This document shows positions 17,934 through 27,963 of a stretch of DNA of 64,000 nucleotides, in pieces (the stretch's first letter is position 1; each line of letters begins with the position of its first letter). A program made the position numbers and the translations under genes. Below the pieces are notes generated by a model. The model was given only the letters and a program-made list of their open reading frames with translations, had not been told where the DNA came from and made no database searches. This DNA is from an uncultured bacterium (lineage in GTDB: Bacteria; AUK180): positions 3,431 to 67,430 of the forward strand of contig CALMGJ010000010.1 of assembly GCA_937863565.1 (NCBI GenBank). Reading direction: 5' to 3'.

Positions 17934-19688
17934 GGAATCCCCGGAAATACTCTTCAAATGCAGGAAATAGATGCCGGGCCCTAGAAGGACCGGGTCAATG
18001 TACACTTTATTGTATGTAATGATGAAGTGCTCCCCGTCCAGAACGATACGCCTGCCGTCAACCGAGAAGAGATCGGCACTTGAGATCTCGAAGGAGGTAA
18101 CGGCTGTGAGCGTTTCATGTTCTGCGAACAGGAACGGATTGGGATAAACAGTTGCCGTTTTCTCATCGCTCCCGGTAACGACTTCGGACAGTTCCACCGT
18201 ATTCGCATCCTCGTTCCCGTATGAATCCTCGGCCCTTACTACGTAATAATACCTCGTTCCCGGAATGATATCCGCGTCCTTGTAGTTACGTTCTTCAGTA
18301 CTTGAAAGAGGAGTTCCGAAATCGTAACCCATGGAAAAAGTGGAGCGGTAGATATTATATGAAACCGGCAGGAAGTCGGATGCTGCATTCCAAACGAGGA
18401 TCAGTTCATTATAGGAAGAAGTGAATATATCCTGCAGTCCGGCGAAGGAGGGCGGAAAAGTATCCGATGAAATGTACACAGAACCTATGATGTTGTTGGT
18501 CTCCTCGTTCCCGTTGCTGTCGACCGCCCTTACTACGAAATAATAAGTGGCGCCGTATGAAAGCCCGCTTACCGTGAAATCAAGGTCTTTTGTGGAGTAC
18601 TTCGGGTTGTAGAACTTGAAACCTGTCGGCGTGGATGCCTGATATATCCTGTATGAAATAGGTGTGGAAGGATCGCTCGCGGCATCCCAGGAAAGGATCA
18701 CTTCCCCGCCTTTTCCCGTTTCAGAAATATCCTGCAGTCCTCCGAAAACAGGCGGAGTAAAATCATCGGAGCAGGGCTCATCGACATCGTATTCATCGTA
18801 AGTGCCTGTGAAGGATATAGTATAAGTGCATCCGTTAGTCCTGCAAAGAATGTTCTCGCCGGCCACTTTTCCGCATCCGGCCGTCAATGTTCCTCCGGCG
18901 CCGGTTTCGGTCTGATAAGTGAACGCGAAAGCATTGCACAGTTTGTTCAGTGTGTTCTGGGTGGGATGTCCGTATGTATTGAAATCGCCCACCGGGATCC
19001 AGGCCACCTCAGGCGTTATCTCCGAGAGGAATTCTTCCGATGTTGAAGTATTGGACCCGTGATGGCTGACCTTCATCACGTCGATGTCACCGAGCACATT
19101 GCCAAGGAGATCCTCTTGTGCAGTCACAAGATCCCCTCCTGTCCAGTAATGGAATTTGCGGTACTTTATAAGGAGGGATACGCTTGCCGCGTTCTCGTCC
19201 GCGGGATCGGCGGACCCGCCGTCATTGTAGATGTCTCCGTTGGCCGTCGTAACCTGGATGGTCACGTCATCCCCGAGCTCGAATATCTCTCCCACGGTTA
19301 CCGTCTTCCTTTTCCCCGTAGTGCTGTTCGCGGCATTGTTCCAGCTTGAGATACCGGTCCCGCCCCTGTCATAGCAGCCTACTTTAACATCCATACCTTC
19401 ATATCCGCCCGTTCCGTATATGATATCGTCCAGTCCGCCGTAATGATCGCTGTGGTAATGAGTAAGGAACATGTATTCGATCTCCGTGATCGAATTAATG
19501 GCGAGGATTTCAAGGATCGTGGCGCCATATCCCGTATTGCAGTCTATGACCACCGCTTTACCCGAAGGCGTTATTATCACCTGACCGTCACCCTGACCGG
19601 TGTCGGCGAAGTAGATCTTAAGATCCCCAGAATGAATTACGGTTAAAAATAGAAAAATAAGGAAGAATACGGCACATATTCTTTTCAA
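17907..19688 (-). CDS. Secreted ComEC/Rec2-like metallo-beta-lactamase-fold hydrolase with two FN3-like domains and a C-terminal sorting-type domain
   Basis: Signal peptide; DTGQGD, THYHSDH, KVSHHGS, YGHP; two ~100-aa repeats; C-terminal VYPNPF...GIYFL...KIALI. TTG start. Confidence 0.8.
   Translation of the reverse strand: MKRICAVFFLIFLFLTVIHSGDLKIYFADTGQGDGQVIITPSGKAVVIDCNTGYGATILEILAINSITEIEYMFLTHYHSDHYGGLDDIIYGTGGYEGMDVKVGCYDRGGTGISSWNNAANSTTGKRKTVTVGEIFELGDDVTIQVTTANGDIYNDGGSADPADENAASVSLLIKYRKFHYWTGGDLVTAQEDLLGNVLGDIDVMKVSHHGSNTSTSEEFLSEITPEVAWIPVGDFNTYGHPTQNTLNKLCNAFAFTYQTETGAGGTLTAGCGKVAGENILCRTNGCTYTISFTGTYDEYDVDEPCSDDFTPPVFGGLQDISETGKGGEVILSWDAASDPSTPISYRIYQASTPTGFKFYNPKYSTKDLDFTVSGLSYGATYYFVVRAVDSNGNEETNNIIGSVYISSDTFPPSFAGLQDIFTSSYNELILVWNAASDFLPVSYNIYRSTFSMGYDFGTPLSSTEERNYKDADIIPGTRYYYVVRAEDSYGNEDANTVELSEVVTGSDEKTATVYPNPFLFAEHETLTAVTSFEISSADLFSVDGRRIVLDGEHFIITYNKVYIDPVLLGPGIYFLHLKSISGDSLVLKIALI
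18170..18770 (-). repeat. Two intragenic FN3-like repeats (~300 bp period)
   Basis: PPVFGGLQDI...YYFVVRAVDSNGNE versus PPSFAGLQDI...YYYVVRAEDSYGNE; ATATCCTGCAGTCC recurs at ~18427 and ~18727. Boundaries approximate. Confidence 0.75.
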
Positions 19689-19858
19689 ATTGAATTATAA
19701 CACAATTTTCTTTATTTTAAAAATACATACGCCGTTTTCATGACCGCACGCTTCTTTCCGGATTTTAGGCTTATCCTCAATATGAAAGGATTTAAAGCGA
19801 AGAAAAATGCCTTTTTATCCGTATGACAGATGACCCTTGAAAAATAACCCCCTTTTAT

Positions 19859-19887
19859 TTGAAAAAAATGCGTGTTTCTGGTAAAAT
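19859..19887 (+). promoter_or_regulatory. sigma70 promoter
   Basis: TTGAAA-N17-TAAAAT followed by SD AAGGAG and ATG 19906. Confidence 0.65.
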
Positions 19888-19905
19888 AACTAAAAAGGAG
19901 TGTAT

Positions 19906-21291
19906 ATGAAGGGTAAAGTCTTCTTCTTGTTCCTCGTGCTCTTATTTGGCATCAGCGTGTTCGCGTATGCCGAAATTAAATATTCCGTAGCAATAATGGA
20001 ATTCGAACCCAAGGGAGTCGAGAAGTCCGATGCGAGCATAATAAGCGATTTTTTCAGGGACTATCTTTTTTCTTCCGGGCATTTCATAGTGATCGACAGG
20101 GCTTCTATGGAGACCATCATGAAGGAGCAGAATCTACAGCAATCCGTCGGCTGCACTTCGGATGAATGTGCGGTCCAGATAGGTAAGATGCTCGGCGTGA
20201 ACTACACTATCATCGGGACCCTGGGCAAGCTTGGCGATGTCTACGTGATCTCCGCGAGGATGGTGAGCATCGAAACGGCCAAGATCGAATGGTCAAAATC
20301 CGAAAAAGTACTCGGCTTCGGCGAGATAGATAACCTTATCCAGAGGCTCGTCAATGATCTCGTCAAGACCCTTTTTAAAGATGCAACCGTGATAGAACCC
20401 GCTCCGAAACCGAAACCCGTTCCTCAACCGGAACCAAAACCCGCACCTAAAACTGACGAATACGGACAGGTGATAAAAAAAGACGATGCCCCTAAACCGG
20501 CCCCTGTCCCGAAAGTGAATTACAAGTACCCCGACATGGGGATAGATATCTCATACTCATTCTGGCCGAGGCAGAACTATTTCTATTCCACTTCGAGTAC
20601 ATACGGCGCATCTGACGAATGGTATGATTGCATCGGCCATCCGAGATACGGGGATTTTAAACTCGGATTGTACTGGGAATTACTGTATTTCGGCATTGAG
20701 ACGAAAAGATTCACTTTCAAAGAGGACGATATCCTGGAATGTGAGGATGAAACGGGCGGATATGAAGCTTATTATTATACGGACGACTGGAGCGATTTCT
20801 TCGAGATCAGTTTGGGAACGAGATTCGCGGGCCAGAACTCATCCCGCGTTCTTATGATATTCTGGAAGACCTACCAGCACAGTTATGACGGCATGAGCGG
20901 AGATCCCACCGTTTTCAAAGGGCCGGGACTCGGGCTTTTCTCACAGGTGGGAGTGCCGTTGATGGCCACGGGCAATGTTTCCCCCGTTGGGTTCTATTCG
21001 GAATTCACGCTTAAAGCCTCCTATCTTAACATGGACCCTCCCGATTGGGCTGATTCCTATGACTGGTACCAGAACGCAATATGCGTTGATACAGCGATCG
21101 GATTTGGAGCCATTATGAAGAAATACGGGGCATATATACTCGTATCCTATAATCTGACCACCCTTCTTAACTGGTACGGCTGGTACGATTCATATTCCTA
21201 TACGAATTACGATTCGGCCGAACTCGTTATTTGGCACGGTATAAGCGTGAAACTGGGGATCAATTTCAATCTCCGCGCTTTCAAGGAATAA
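19906..21291 (+). CDS. Exported protein: CsgG/TolB-N-like domain, Pro-rich linker, probable C-terminal beta-barrel
   Basis: Signal peptide; VAIMEF...VIDRASMETIMKEQ...GCTSDECAVQIGKMLG; PAPKPKPVPQPEPKPAP; aromatic-rich amphipathic strands. Confidence 0.65.
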   Translation: MKGKVFFLFLVLLFGISVFAYAEIKYSVAIMEFEPKGVEKSDASIISDFFRDYLFSSGHFIVIDRASMETIMKEQNLQQSVGCTSDECAVQIGKMLGVNYTIIGTLGKLGDVYVISARMVSIETAKIEWSKSEKVLGFGEIDNLIQRLVNDLVKTLFKDATVIEPAPKPKPVPQPEPKPAPKTDEYGQVIKKDDAPKPAPVPKVNYKYPDMGIDISYSFWPRQNYFYSTSSTYGASDEWYDCIGHPRYGDFKLGLYWELLYFGIETKRFTFKEDDILECEDETGGYEAYYYTDDWSDFFEISLGTRFAGQNSSRVLMIFWKTYQHSYDGMSGDPTVFKGPGLGLFSQVGVPLMATGNVSPVGFYSEFTLKASYLNMDPPDWADSYDWYQNAICVDTAIGFGAIMKKYGAYILVSYNLTTLLNWYGWYDSYSYTNYDSAELVIWHGISVKLGINFNLRAFKE

Positions 21292-21333
21292 GGAAGGGCC
21301 GGAACTCCACCGTTCGACAGCGAATAAAGGGTT

Positions 21334-22554
21334 ATGAAAAAAATATTCTTCGCATTAAGCATCACGCTGTCCGTTTTCTCCTTTTGTCAGGAGAAGGACA
21401 CTATCGCGGTCTTCGATTTTGCGGAAGTGAACGTTGAACAGGGCGTAGGCGTTATTCCGGCGGACTTCTGCCGCACATATATCTTCAAGTCCGAGAAATA
21501 CGAACTTATATCCCGCGAGAACATGGAACTTATCTTCAATGAGCTTAAACTTCAGGAAACGGGATGCACCTCGGAAGAATGTTATGTTGAACTCGGGAAA
21601 ATGCTTTTAGCAAAGAAGATCCTTGCCGGAAAGATATTTAAAATAGAGAATGTGTATTTCGTCTCGATCACGCTCATGGACGTAGGTACGGCAAAGATCG
21701 ATTATTCGGATAAAATGAAAGTGGATAATATCGAAGAACTCGATATAACCTGCAGGAATCTGATAGAACATATGCTGAATGCCGTCTTCAGCGGCGAACA
21801 TACTCTATTCGACAGCGAAGGCCCCTCAGGCGCCGAAAAAAGAGAAGGAAGGATAAAGGAGATCATCTCGGGAAGCAGTGTTCTCATAGATAAAGGCATA
21901 AGATACGGCCTTGAGGAGAAGAACCTTGTTTATTTTTTTTCGGGAGACAGGAAGATCGCCGCCGGCCTTATTTCACAGATAAACAAGGACTCTTCAAGGG
22001 TGCGTATCCTGTACAAGCTTTCGAGCGGCAAACTCGATACTCAAAGCAGATATTTCATTCCTTTCAAATATAAGACCGGGGAATTATTACGGAACAATGC
22101 CCTCTGGTTCACATCCGACTCATCCGCATTCATTCATTTCACGTATGAGAAACGCCGTTTCTTATTCAAGTTCCCTCCCGTTTTCCTTTCGCTTTCGGGG
22201 AGCATCTGCGCGGAGAAAACGGTAAAGGCGTCGTATATGTCGCTTGATCTCAACCTCATGCTTTTCGGGGCATTCTATGCCAAGCTCGGCCCCGGCATCT
22301 TCATAAACGATATGCTTGTGACCGATGCGGTAACCCAGGAGGGATCGAGGGAACTCGTTGCATATTTTCTTCCCAATATGAGCTTTTATTTTTATGTTTT
22401 CCCTACGCTCCCCGTCAATCTCCGGGTGGGGATACAATTCTATCTGGGGAATGTAAGGAAGAGCAAGACCGTATTTAGCGATGCACCGGAGTATCCGGAA
22501 TACGAGGATTTCTCGTCAATCAGGACCATTGTATCACTGGGTTTCCAATACTGA
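21334..22554 (+). CDS. Paralogous exported CsgG/TolB-N-like domain protein with probable barrel C-terminus
   Basis: IAVFDF...LISRENMELIFNELKLQETGCTSEECYVELGKML; ends TIVSLGFQY (beta-signal-like). Confidence 0.65.
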   Translation: MKKIFFALSITLSVFSFCQEKDTIAVFDFAEVNVEQGVGVIPADFCRTYIFKSEKYELISRENMELIFNELKLQETGCTSEECYVELGKMLLAKKILAGKIFKIENVYFVSITLMDVGTAKIDYSDKMKVDNIEELDITCRNLIEHMLNAVFSGEHTLFDSEGPSGAEKREGRIKEIISGSSVLIDKGIRYGLEEKNLVYFFSGDRKIAAGLISQINKDSSRVRILYKLSSGKLDTQSRYFIPFKYKTGELLRNNALWFTSDSSAFIHFTYEKRRFLFKFPPVFLSLSGSICAEKTVKASYMSLDLNLMLFGAFYAKLGPGIFINDMLVTDAVTQEGSRELVAYFLPNMSFYFYVFPTLPVNLRVGIQFYLGNVRKSKTVFSDAPEYPEYEDFSSIRTIVSLGFQY

Positions 22555-22631
22555 TCTTCCGCTTCCGGTAAGTTCAAGTTCATGTTGTGCCGGCTGCAAA
22601 GGCCGCTTCCCGGCGCGTACCTTCCCGCCTC

Positions 22632-22660
22632 TTGTAAAATTCCTCGAAACAAAGTAAAAT
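22632..22660 (+). promoter_or_regulatory. sigma70 promoter
   Basis: TTGTAA-N17-TAAAAT. Confidence 0.6.
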
Positions 22661-22676
22661 ACTTTATGGGAGTAAT

Positions 22677-25600
22677 ATGATATTCCTGTTCACAGACATT
22701 GAGGGTTCAACCCGGAAATGGGAAGTATACGGGGAAGAGATGAATATCGCCCTTCAATCCCATGACGGGATCGCCAAGGACCTTATTAAGGCTCATCGCG
22801 GAATCCTGATTAAACATACCGGCGACGGCCTTTTCGCGTATTTCAGGGATAAAAGGGATTCGCTGATCTGCGCGCTTTCAATGCAGAAGGGCATGCAGAA
22901 TAATAAATGGGGCGCCGTTGGCGAAGTAAGGATAAGGATCGCCCTGCACGAAGGTGACGCCGTAGAGAAGGAAGGGGATTTTTTCGGGCCCGTTATCAAT
23001 AAACTTGCCAGGATGCTTTCCTGTGCACACGGCGGACAGATCATAGCTTCAGAAGAGATCATTAACGGTCTACCCGATGTGGACGGATTGAAGACCTTGG
23101 ACCTGGGATTCCACAAATTAAAGGATTTTGAAGAACCCGTTAAGATTTATCAGCTTGACCGCGAAGATCTGAAATATCACGAATTCCCGAAGCTCAATTC
23201 TCTTTCAGCGAAACTTACCAATGCCGTTGTCAGCGATACGGCATTTTTAGGCAGGGAAAAGGAGCTTGCTGAGGTAAAGAACCTGCTCATTTCAGATACG
23301 CGCCGAGAGATCACTCTTACGGGCCCGGGCGGAACGGGAAAGACCAGGTTCTCACTTGAACTGGGCTTCTCAATGCTTGACGATCTCGAATACGGTTTCT
23401 ATTTTGTTCAACTTGAGAAAGCATTGAACAGCGATGACATGATCAGGGAGATCGCCGCATCCCTTTCTTTCAATTTCTACGCTGCATCCGATATTAAAGT
23501 GCAGCTTTTTAATTTCATAAAAGCCAAGAAGATGCTTCTCATTCTCGATAATTTCGAACACCTTGAGAGCGCTTCGGGATTCGTATCAGAATTGCTTGCC
23601 AAGACCGATCACGCCAGGATCATCGTTACGTCGCGCCATGCACTCAATATAAAAGGGGAATCAGTTTATCCGTTATCGGGCCTCCCGTTCGCTTCCGGCG
23701 GAAACGCCGCTGCCGCTCTTTTTGGGGAACACTTGAAAATAAAGGGGAGGAATACTCCGCTTTCCCCCGATGAGAATGCTGCCGTTGCCGATCTGTGCGC
23801 GCTTGTACACGGCAATCCGCTTGCCATAGAATTGTCCGCCTCTTTAGCCGCAGGTGTTCCCGTCACGGACCTTCTCGCTGCAATAAAGAAGAACATGGAC
23901 ACGCTTTCAGACGCTATCAGCGGCCTTCCAGAAAGACATAGGGGACCCCGTCATATCTTCGAATATTCATGGGGGCTTCTCGGGGAGGGCGAAAGGAAGA
24001 AACTCGCCAAGATGTCGCTGCTCCGCGACCCGTTCTCCGTTGCATCGGCCGAAGCGGTAGCCGGATGCTCACTGGGCGATACGGCAGCCTTTATTAAAAA
24101 AAGCCTTCTGTTCGATAACGGGGAAGGCAGATTCTCGATACACGGCATCCTGAAGCAGTATGCAGGCGAGAAATTCAGGGAATTCTTGAGTTCAGATGAA
24201 AAAGAGTCGGCGCTTTACGCATATAAGGAGCATTTCATAATGCTTCTCAAGAATTTTTCCGGTTCGATCAGTTCTGCAGGTCAGTACGCTTCATTGAATA
24301 AGATCAGAGCATCGCTTTCGGATATTAAGGCCGCCAGCGCACATCTGACGGAGAGTGACCTGAAGGAGAAAAGGGAAAGTATTGAGACGCTTTTCAGATA
24401 CTACGATATAACGGGATTGTTCAGCGACGGCATCGCGCTAGGGAAAAAACTGCTCGGACTTTCACCGGACGAAGAGGCGGGCGCTTTCATCTATCTTATG
24501 CTGGCGAAACTGGAATTGAAGAACGGGAGGTACGATAATGCCGTTAACACGGCAAGAACGGCCCAGAAATACTATGAGATGCAGAAGGATGAAAAGCGCA
24601 TTGCCGAGATCGGGAATATTACAGGAGTAATATTCGAGCGAACGGGCGATGAAAAAAAAGCTATAGAAGCCTTTGAGAAAAGCAGGAAGTATTTTGAATC
24701 CGTGAATGACGGGGAGGGTCTTTCCGAAGTTCTAAATAATCTCGGGAACGTATATATCGACGCGGGTGACCGTATGCGTGCCAGAAGCCTCTTCGAACGC
24801 AGTCTTGAGATCAAAAGAAGCGGCGGTTTCGCTCCCGGATTGAACGCCGCCATACTGAATAATCTCGGCAATATCGAATTTTTCGCCGGCAATGAGATCG
24901 GAGCTCGCGAATACTACAGGAAAAGTTTTGAGATAAAGAAAAGTATCGGTGACGATTACGGATGCGCCGGCATCCTCGTCAATCTTGCGAACCTCGATTT
25001 CAATCAAAACGATCTCCCCGGAGCTGAAAGAAAATACCGGGAAGCCCTGATGATATATACGCATCTCGGCAATAGGACGCATATATCGAAGATATACTAC
25101 AATCTTGGAAATATCTACTACAAGCTCGGTGACCATACGAAAGCCGGAGTGAATTATGATGCAAGCTTAAAACTCCGGTATGAACAGAACGATATTAAAG
25201 GCGCCGCCCTTGTGCTTAATAGTATTGGCCTGCTTCATGCCGATCTGCATGACATAAAGGCAGCATCCGGATATTTCATTTCCGCATTAAGGATCTTTCT
25301 GAAACACCGCAATGATTGGGCGGCAGGGCATGTCCATAATAATCTGGCGGAACTCTTTATCAAAACGGGTGCATATGCCAAAGCCCTATCGCATAACAGA
25401 AAAGCGCTTAGAATATTCGTGAAAAAATCCGATGTGGGCGGGATCATTACCGCGCACAGGAATTATCTTCTTGTATATGAGAAACTCAATAAACCTCGGT
25501 TGAGGCGTGCACATCGTGCAGCGCTTCTGAGGACCGCGCTCGGGTCGGAGGCGTGGAAAGAGGAACAGGAAGCCTTCCTTGAATTCATAAGGGACGAGGG

Positions 25601-25751
25601 CGTGAATAAGAAAGAGAGAGAACTTGTAGCCTCATGGATGCTCACCGCCTTTTCCGGCGTTCCCTCGATCCCGGAAATACTGAATAAAGAATTTCCGGGC
25701 CTTGAAGCAGGACTTTCCACAGAAAAAACCCTTAGAGATCTTCTCTTTTAG
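22677..25751 (+). CDS. Class III nucleotidyl (adenylate) cyclase - STAND/NB-ARC-like ATPase - TPR protein
   Basis: FLFTDIEGST, IKHTGDG, GDFFGPVINKLAR (cyclase); LTGPGGTGKTR, LLILDNFEH, GNPLAIEL (STAND); long TPR array (LNNLGNVY). Confidence 0.88.
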   Translation: MIFLFTDIEGSTRKWEVYGEEMNIALQSHDGIAKDLIKAHRGILIKHTGDGLFAYFRDKRDSLICALSMQKGMQNNKWGAVGEVRIRIALHEGDAVEKEGDFFGPVINKLARMLSCAHGGQIIASEEIINGLPDVDGLKTLDLGFHKLKDFEEPVKIYQLDREDLKYHEFPKLNSLSAKLTNAVVSDTAFLGREKELAEVKNLLISDTRREITLTGPGGTGKTRFSLELGFSMLDDLEYGFYFVQLEKALNSDDMIREIAASLSFNFYAASDIKVQLFNFIKAKKMLLILDNFEHLESASGFVSELLAKTDHARIIVTSRHALNIKGESVYPLSGLPFASGGNAAAALFGEHLKIKGRNTPLSPDENAAVADLCALVHGNPLAIELSASLAAGVPVTDLLAAIKKNMDTLSDAISGLPERHRGPRHIFEYSWGLLGEGERKKLAKMSLLRDPFSVASAEAVAGCSLGDTAAFIKKSLLFDNGEGRFSIHGILKQYAGEKFREFLSSDEKESALYAYKEHFIMLLKNFSGSISSAGQYASLNKIRASLSDIKAASAHLTESDLKEKRESIETLFRYYDITGLFSDGIALGKKLLGLSPDEEAGAFIYLMLAKLELKNGRYDNAVNTARTAQKYYEMQKDEKRIAEIGNITGVIFERTGDEKKAIEAFEKSRKYFESVNDGEGLSEVLNNLGNVYIDAGDRMRARSLFERSLEIKRSGGFAPGLNAAILNNLGNIEFFAGNEIGAREYYRKSFEIKKSIGDDYGCAGILVNLANLDFNQNDLPGAERKYREALMIYTHLGNRTHISKIYYNLGNIYYKLGDHTKAGVNYDASLKLRYEQNDIKGAALVLNSIGLLHADLHDIKAASGYFISALRIFLKHRNDWAAGHVHNNLAELFIKTGAYAKALSHNRKALRIFVKKSDVGGIITAHRNYLLVYEKLNKPRLRRAHRAALLRTALGSEAWKEEQEAFLEFIRDEGVNKKERELVASWMLTAFSGVPSIPEILNKEFPGLEAGLSTEKTLRDLLF

Positions 25752-26139
25752 AACTCCTGTATCTTTGATAGATATTATATTCCGCGGTCAATGAAACAAG
25801 AAGAGAAAGGATAAAGAATTGCCAGTTCCGGGCAAAAATAAAGTGGATGAGGCCAAACACGGCCGCAAGGTCCGCGATTGCCAGTTTGATGAAGAGGAAA
25901 ATATTCTCTCTTCCATCCCCGGATGCTTCTGCGAAACTGAACGCTCGGGTTGCCGCAAAATACGATATGGCGATAATGATGAAAAAAGCGATGGCCATCA
26001 TGCTCTTCATGTGCCCGTCCATGAAGACGCGCACAAGGTCGGTACGGGAGATCAAATATGCAACGCCGATGTAAACGGCCTTTGTCACGGCAAATGCCCA
26101 GAAGAATCCCGGAGCAGCGTTCCTCTTATTCTCTTCCAT
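25732..26139 (-). CDS. Small multi-pass membrane protein
   Basis: 135 aa with about four hydrophobic helices; TATAAT-N5-ATG directly upstream. Confidence 0.6.
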   Translation of the reverse strand: MEENKRNAAPGFFWAFAVTKAVYIGVAYLISRTDLVRVFMDGHMKSMMAIAFFIIIAISYFAATRAFSFAEASGDGRENIFLFIKLAIADLAAVFGLIHFIFARNWQFFILSLLVSLTAEYNIYQRYRSSKREDL

Positions 26140-26193
26140 AGTTAATTATACAAAAAATTTCGGAAAAAGGGAATTTATTTTGTATAATGTTCT

Positions 26194-27963
26194 ATGGCAT
26201 TTTTAAAGATACACGGCTTAACCTTTGAGATAGCCGGGAGGATCCTTATAAAGAACGCCGATCTGGCGTTCGCCGCCGGCGACAGGATCGCACTTGTAGG
26301 GAAAAACGGATCCGGGAAAACGACTTTCCTCAAGATCCTTGCATCGCTTGCAGGAGAATATGAAGGGAAGATTGACGGCCTCCGCCGTTTAAGGATAGGC
26401 TATCTTCCTCAGGAACCGCCGGAGTTCGCCGGGAATAAGAGCGTTTTCGATACTGCGCATGGATATTTGGAAAGGGCTGCTCCGGTCTATGACCTCTATG
26501 AAAAAGACCTCAAAAAGAACCTTTCCATGCTTGGCTTCGACACGGACGATCACTGGAGGATGCTATCGGAATTTTCCGCGGGGTTCAAGATGAAAGCGGC
26601 ATTGGCCGGTATAATGACTTCAGAACCGGACCTGCTTCTTCTTGACGAACCGGAGAACCACCTTGATGAATCATCCATCCGGAGTCTTGCCTCTGCCCTG
26701 AATGATTTCAAAGGCATCCTGATATTCGTATCCCACGATCCTTCATTCGTAAACGACTGCGCTAATGCCGTCCTCGAACTCCATGATGCCGTCATGCATC
26801 TGTATCCGGGAGATTACGGAAAATACAGTGCGCTTTCTGCCGAGTATGCTGCGCTTCTTGAAAAAGAGAACCGCGAAAAGATAGAAAGGATAAGGAAGTT
26901 GAGGAATTTCATTCAGAAGAACATCGCGGATAAAAGTACGGCAGGCGCTGCACATGCAAGGGAGAAGGAACTCAAAAAGATCATTGTTCCCGAAATGAAA
27001 AAGGAAGGAAGGAATATCGTATTCGAATTCCCTCCCTCTCAACCGGAACCGGCCATGCACGTTAAACTGTCCGGTTTAAAACTCTACTACGGGAATATGA
27101 ACGTTATCAAGGACGGGGATATCTGCGTGGAAAGAGGGGATAGAATAGCATTCTATTCGCCGAACGGGTCGGGTAAGACCACTGTACTCGATTTTATCGG
27201 GGGTACCGGCTCGGCACTATGCGAGACGCTTGTGCGGAAGATATCCGAAAAAACGGTCATGACTTCCTTTTCAGCCTGCGATGACATCTCCTCTATGAGC
27301 GACCTTTCTCTGGAAGATTACGTCAGGAGGGTCTTCTCTGCGGATTACAGGGAAGTTTTAGGGAAATTCCTTTTTACCGAGGATCTGCACAGGAAGATCG
27401 AGGTCCTCTCCGGCGGAGAAAAAGCCCGTCTTATACTTATAAACCTTATCAGCAGAAGCGCTAACCTGATCCTTTTGGACGAGCCTACAAGCAACCTCGA
27501 CAAACAAACGAGGGATGTTTTCAGGGACGTATTGAAGCGCTTTCCGGGAGCTGTCATCCTGGCGTCGCATGATGAAGCGCTTTTCGACGGTTTAACCAAC
27601 AAGGTATGGACGGTGAAGAACAAGGTTTTGAAAGAGTACTACGGCGAATTCAGCTATATAAAAACGAAATTTCTTGACGGCCAAAAAGAAGCAGCTGCCT
27701 ATGTTTTCAAAAGCGATAACAACCCGAAGACGATCAGGAAGAAAAGGCAGCTCTACAGAGAAGAGCTCGAAAAAGTAATGTCCGACATCGAAAGGGCTGA
27801 GGAAGAGATCTTCGGGCAGGAGATCCTCCTTGTTGAAGAGCGCAACCCCGAGAGCGCGGAAAGGATAAGGAACAGGATCATCAAGGCCAAAAAGAAACTT
27901 CAGGGCAGAATGGAACTGAAAAACGCCCTTTTTAATAAATTAAATCTATTTGATGACAGCTAG
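26194..27963 (+). CDS. ABC-F family ATP-binding protein (two NBDs, no TMD)
   Basis: GKNGSGKTT, FSAG, LLLLDEPENHLD, VSHD; second NBD SPNGSGKTT, LSGGEKARL, LDEPTSNLD, ASHD; C-terminal coiled coil. Confidence 0.88.
   Translation: MAFLKIHGLTFEIAGRILIKNADLAFAAGDRIALVGKNGSGKTTFLKILASLAGEYEGKIDGLRRLRIGYLPQEPPEFAGNKSVFDTAHGYLERAAPVYDLYEKDLKKNLSMLGFDTDDHWRMLSEFSAGFKMKAALAGIMTSEPDLLLLDEPENHLDESSIRSLASALNDFKGILIFVSHDPSFVNDCANAVLELHDAVMHLYPGDYGKYSALSAEYAALLEKENREKIERIRKLRNFIQKNIADKSTAGAAHAREKELKKIIVPEMKKEGRNIVFEFPPSQPEPAMHVKLSGLKLYYGNMNVIKDGDICVERGDRIAFYSPNGSGKTTVLDFIGGTGSALCETLVRKISEKTVMTSFSACDDISSMSDLSLEDYVRRVFSADYREVLGKFLFTEDLHRKIEVLSGGEKARLILINLISRSANLILLDEPTSNLDKQTRDVFRDVLKRFPGAVILASHDEALFDGLTNKVWTVKNKVLKEYYGEFSYIKTKFLDGQKEAAAYVFKSDNNPKTIRKKRQLYREELEKVMSDIERAEEEIFGQEILLVEERNPESAERIRNRIIKAKKKLQGRMELKNALFNKLNLFDDS

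Noticed and set aside
22555-22630. Possible c-di-GMP riboswitch (GCAAA-containing GC-rich stretch)
   Set aside because: It lacks the two-stem GEMM architecture and lies upstream of the predicted promoter.
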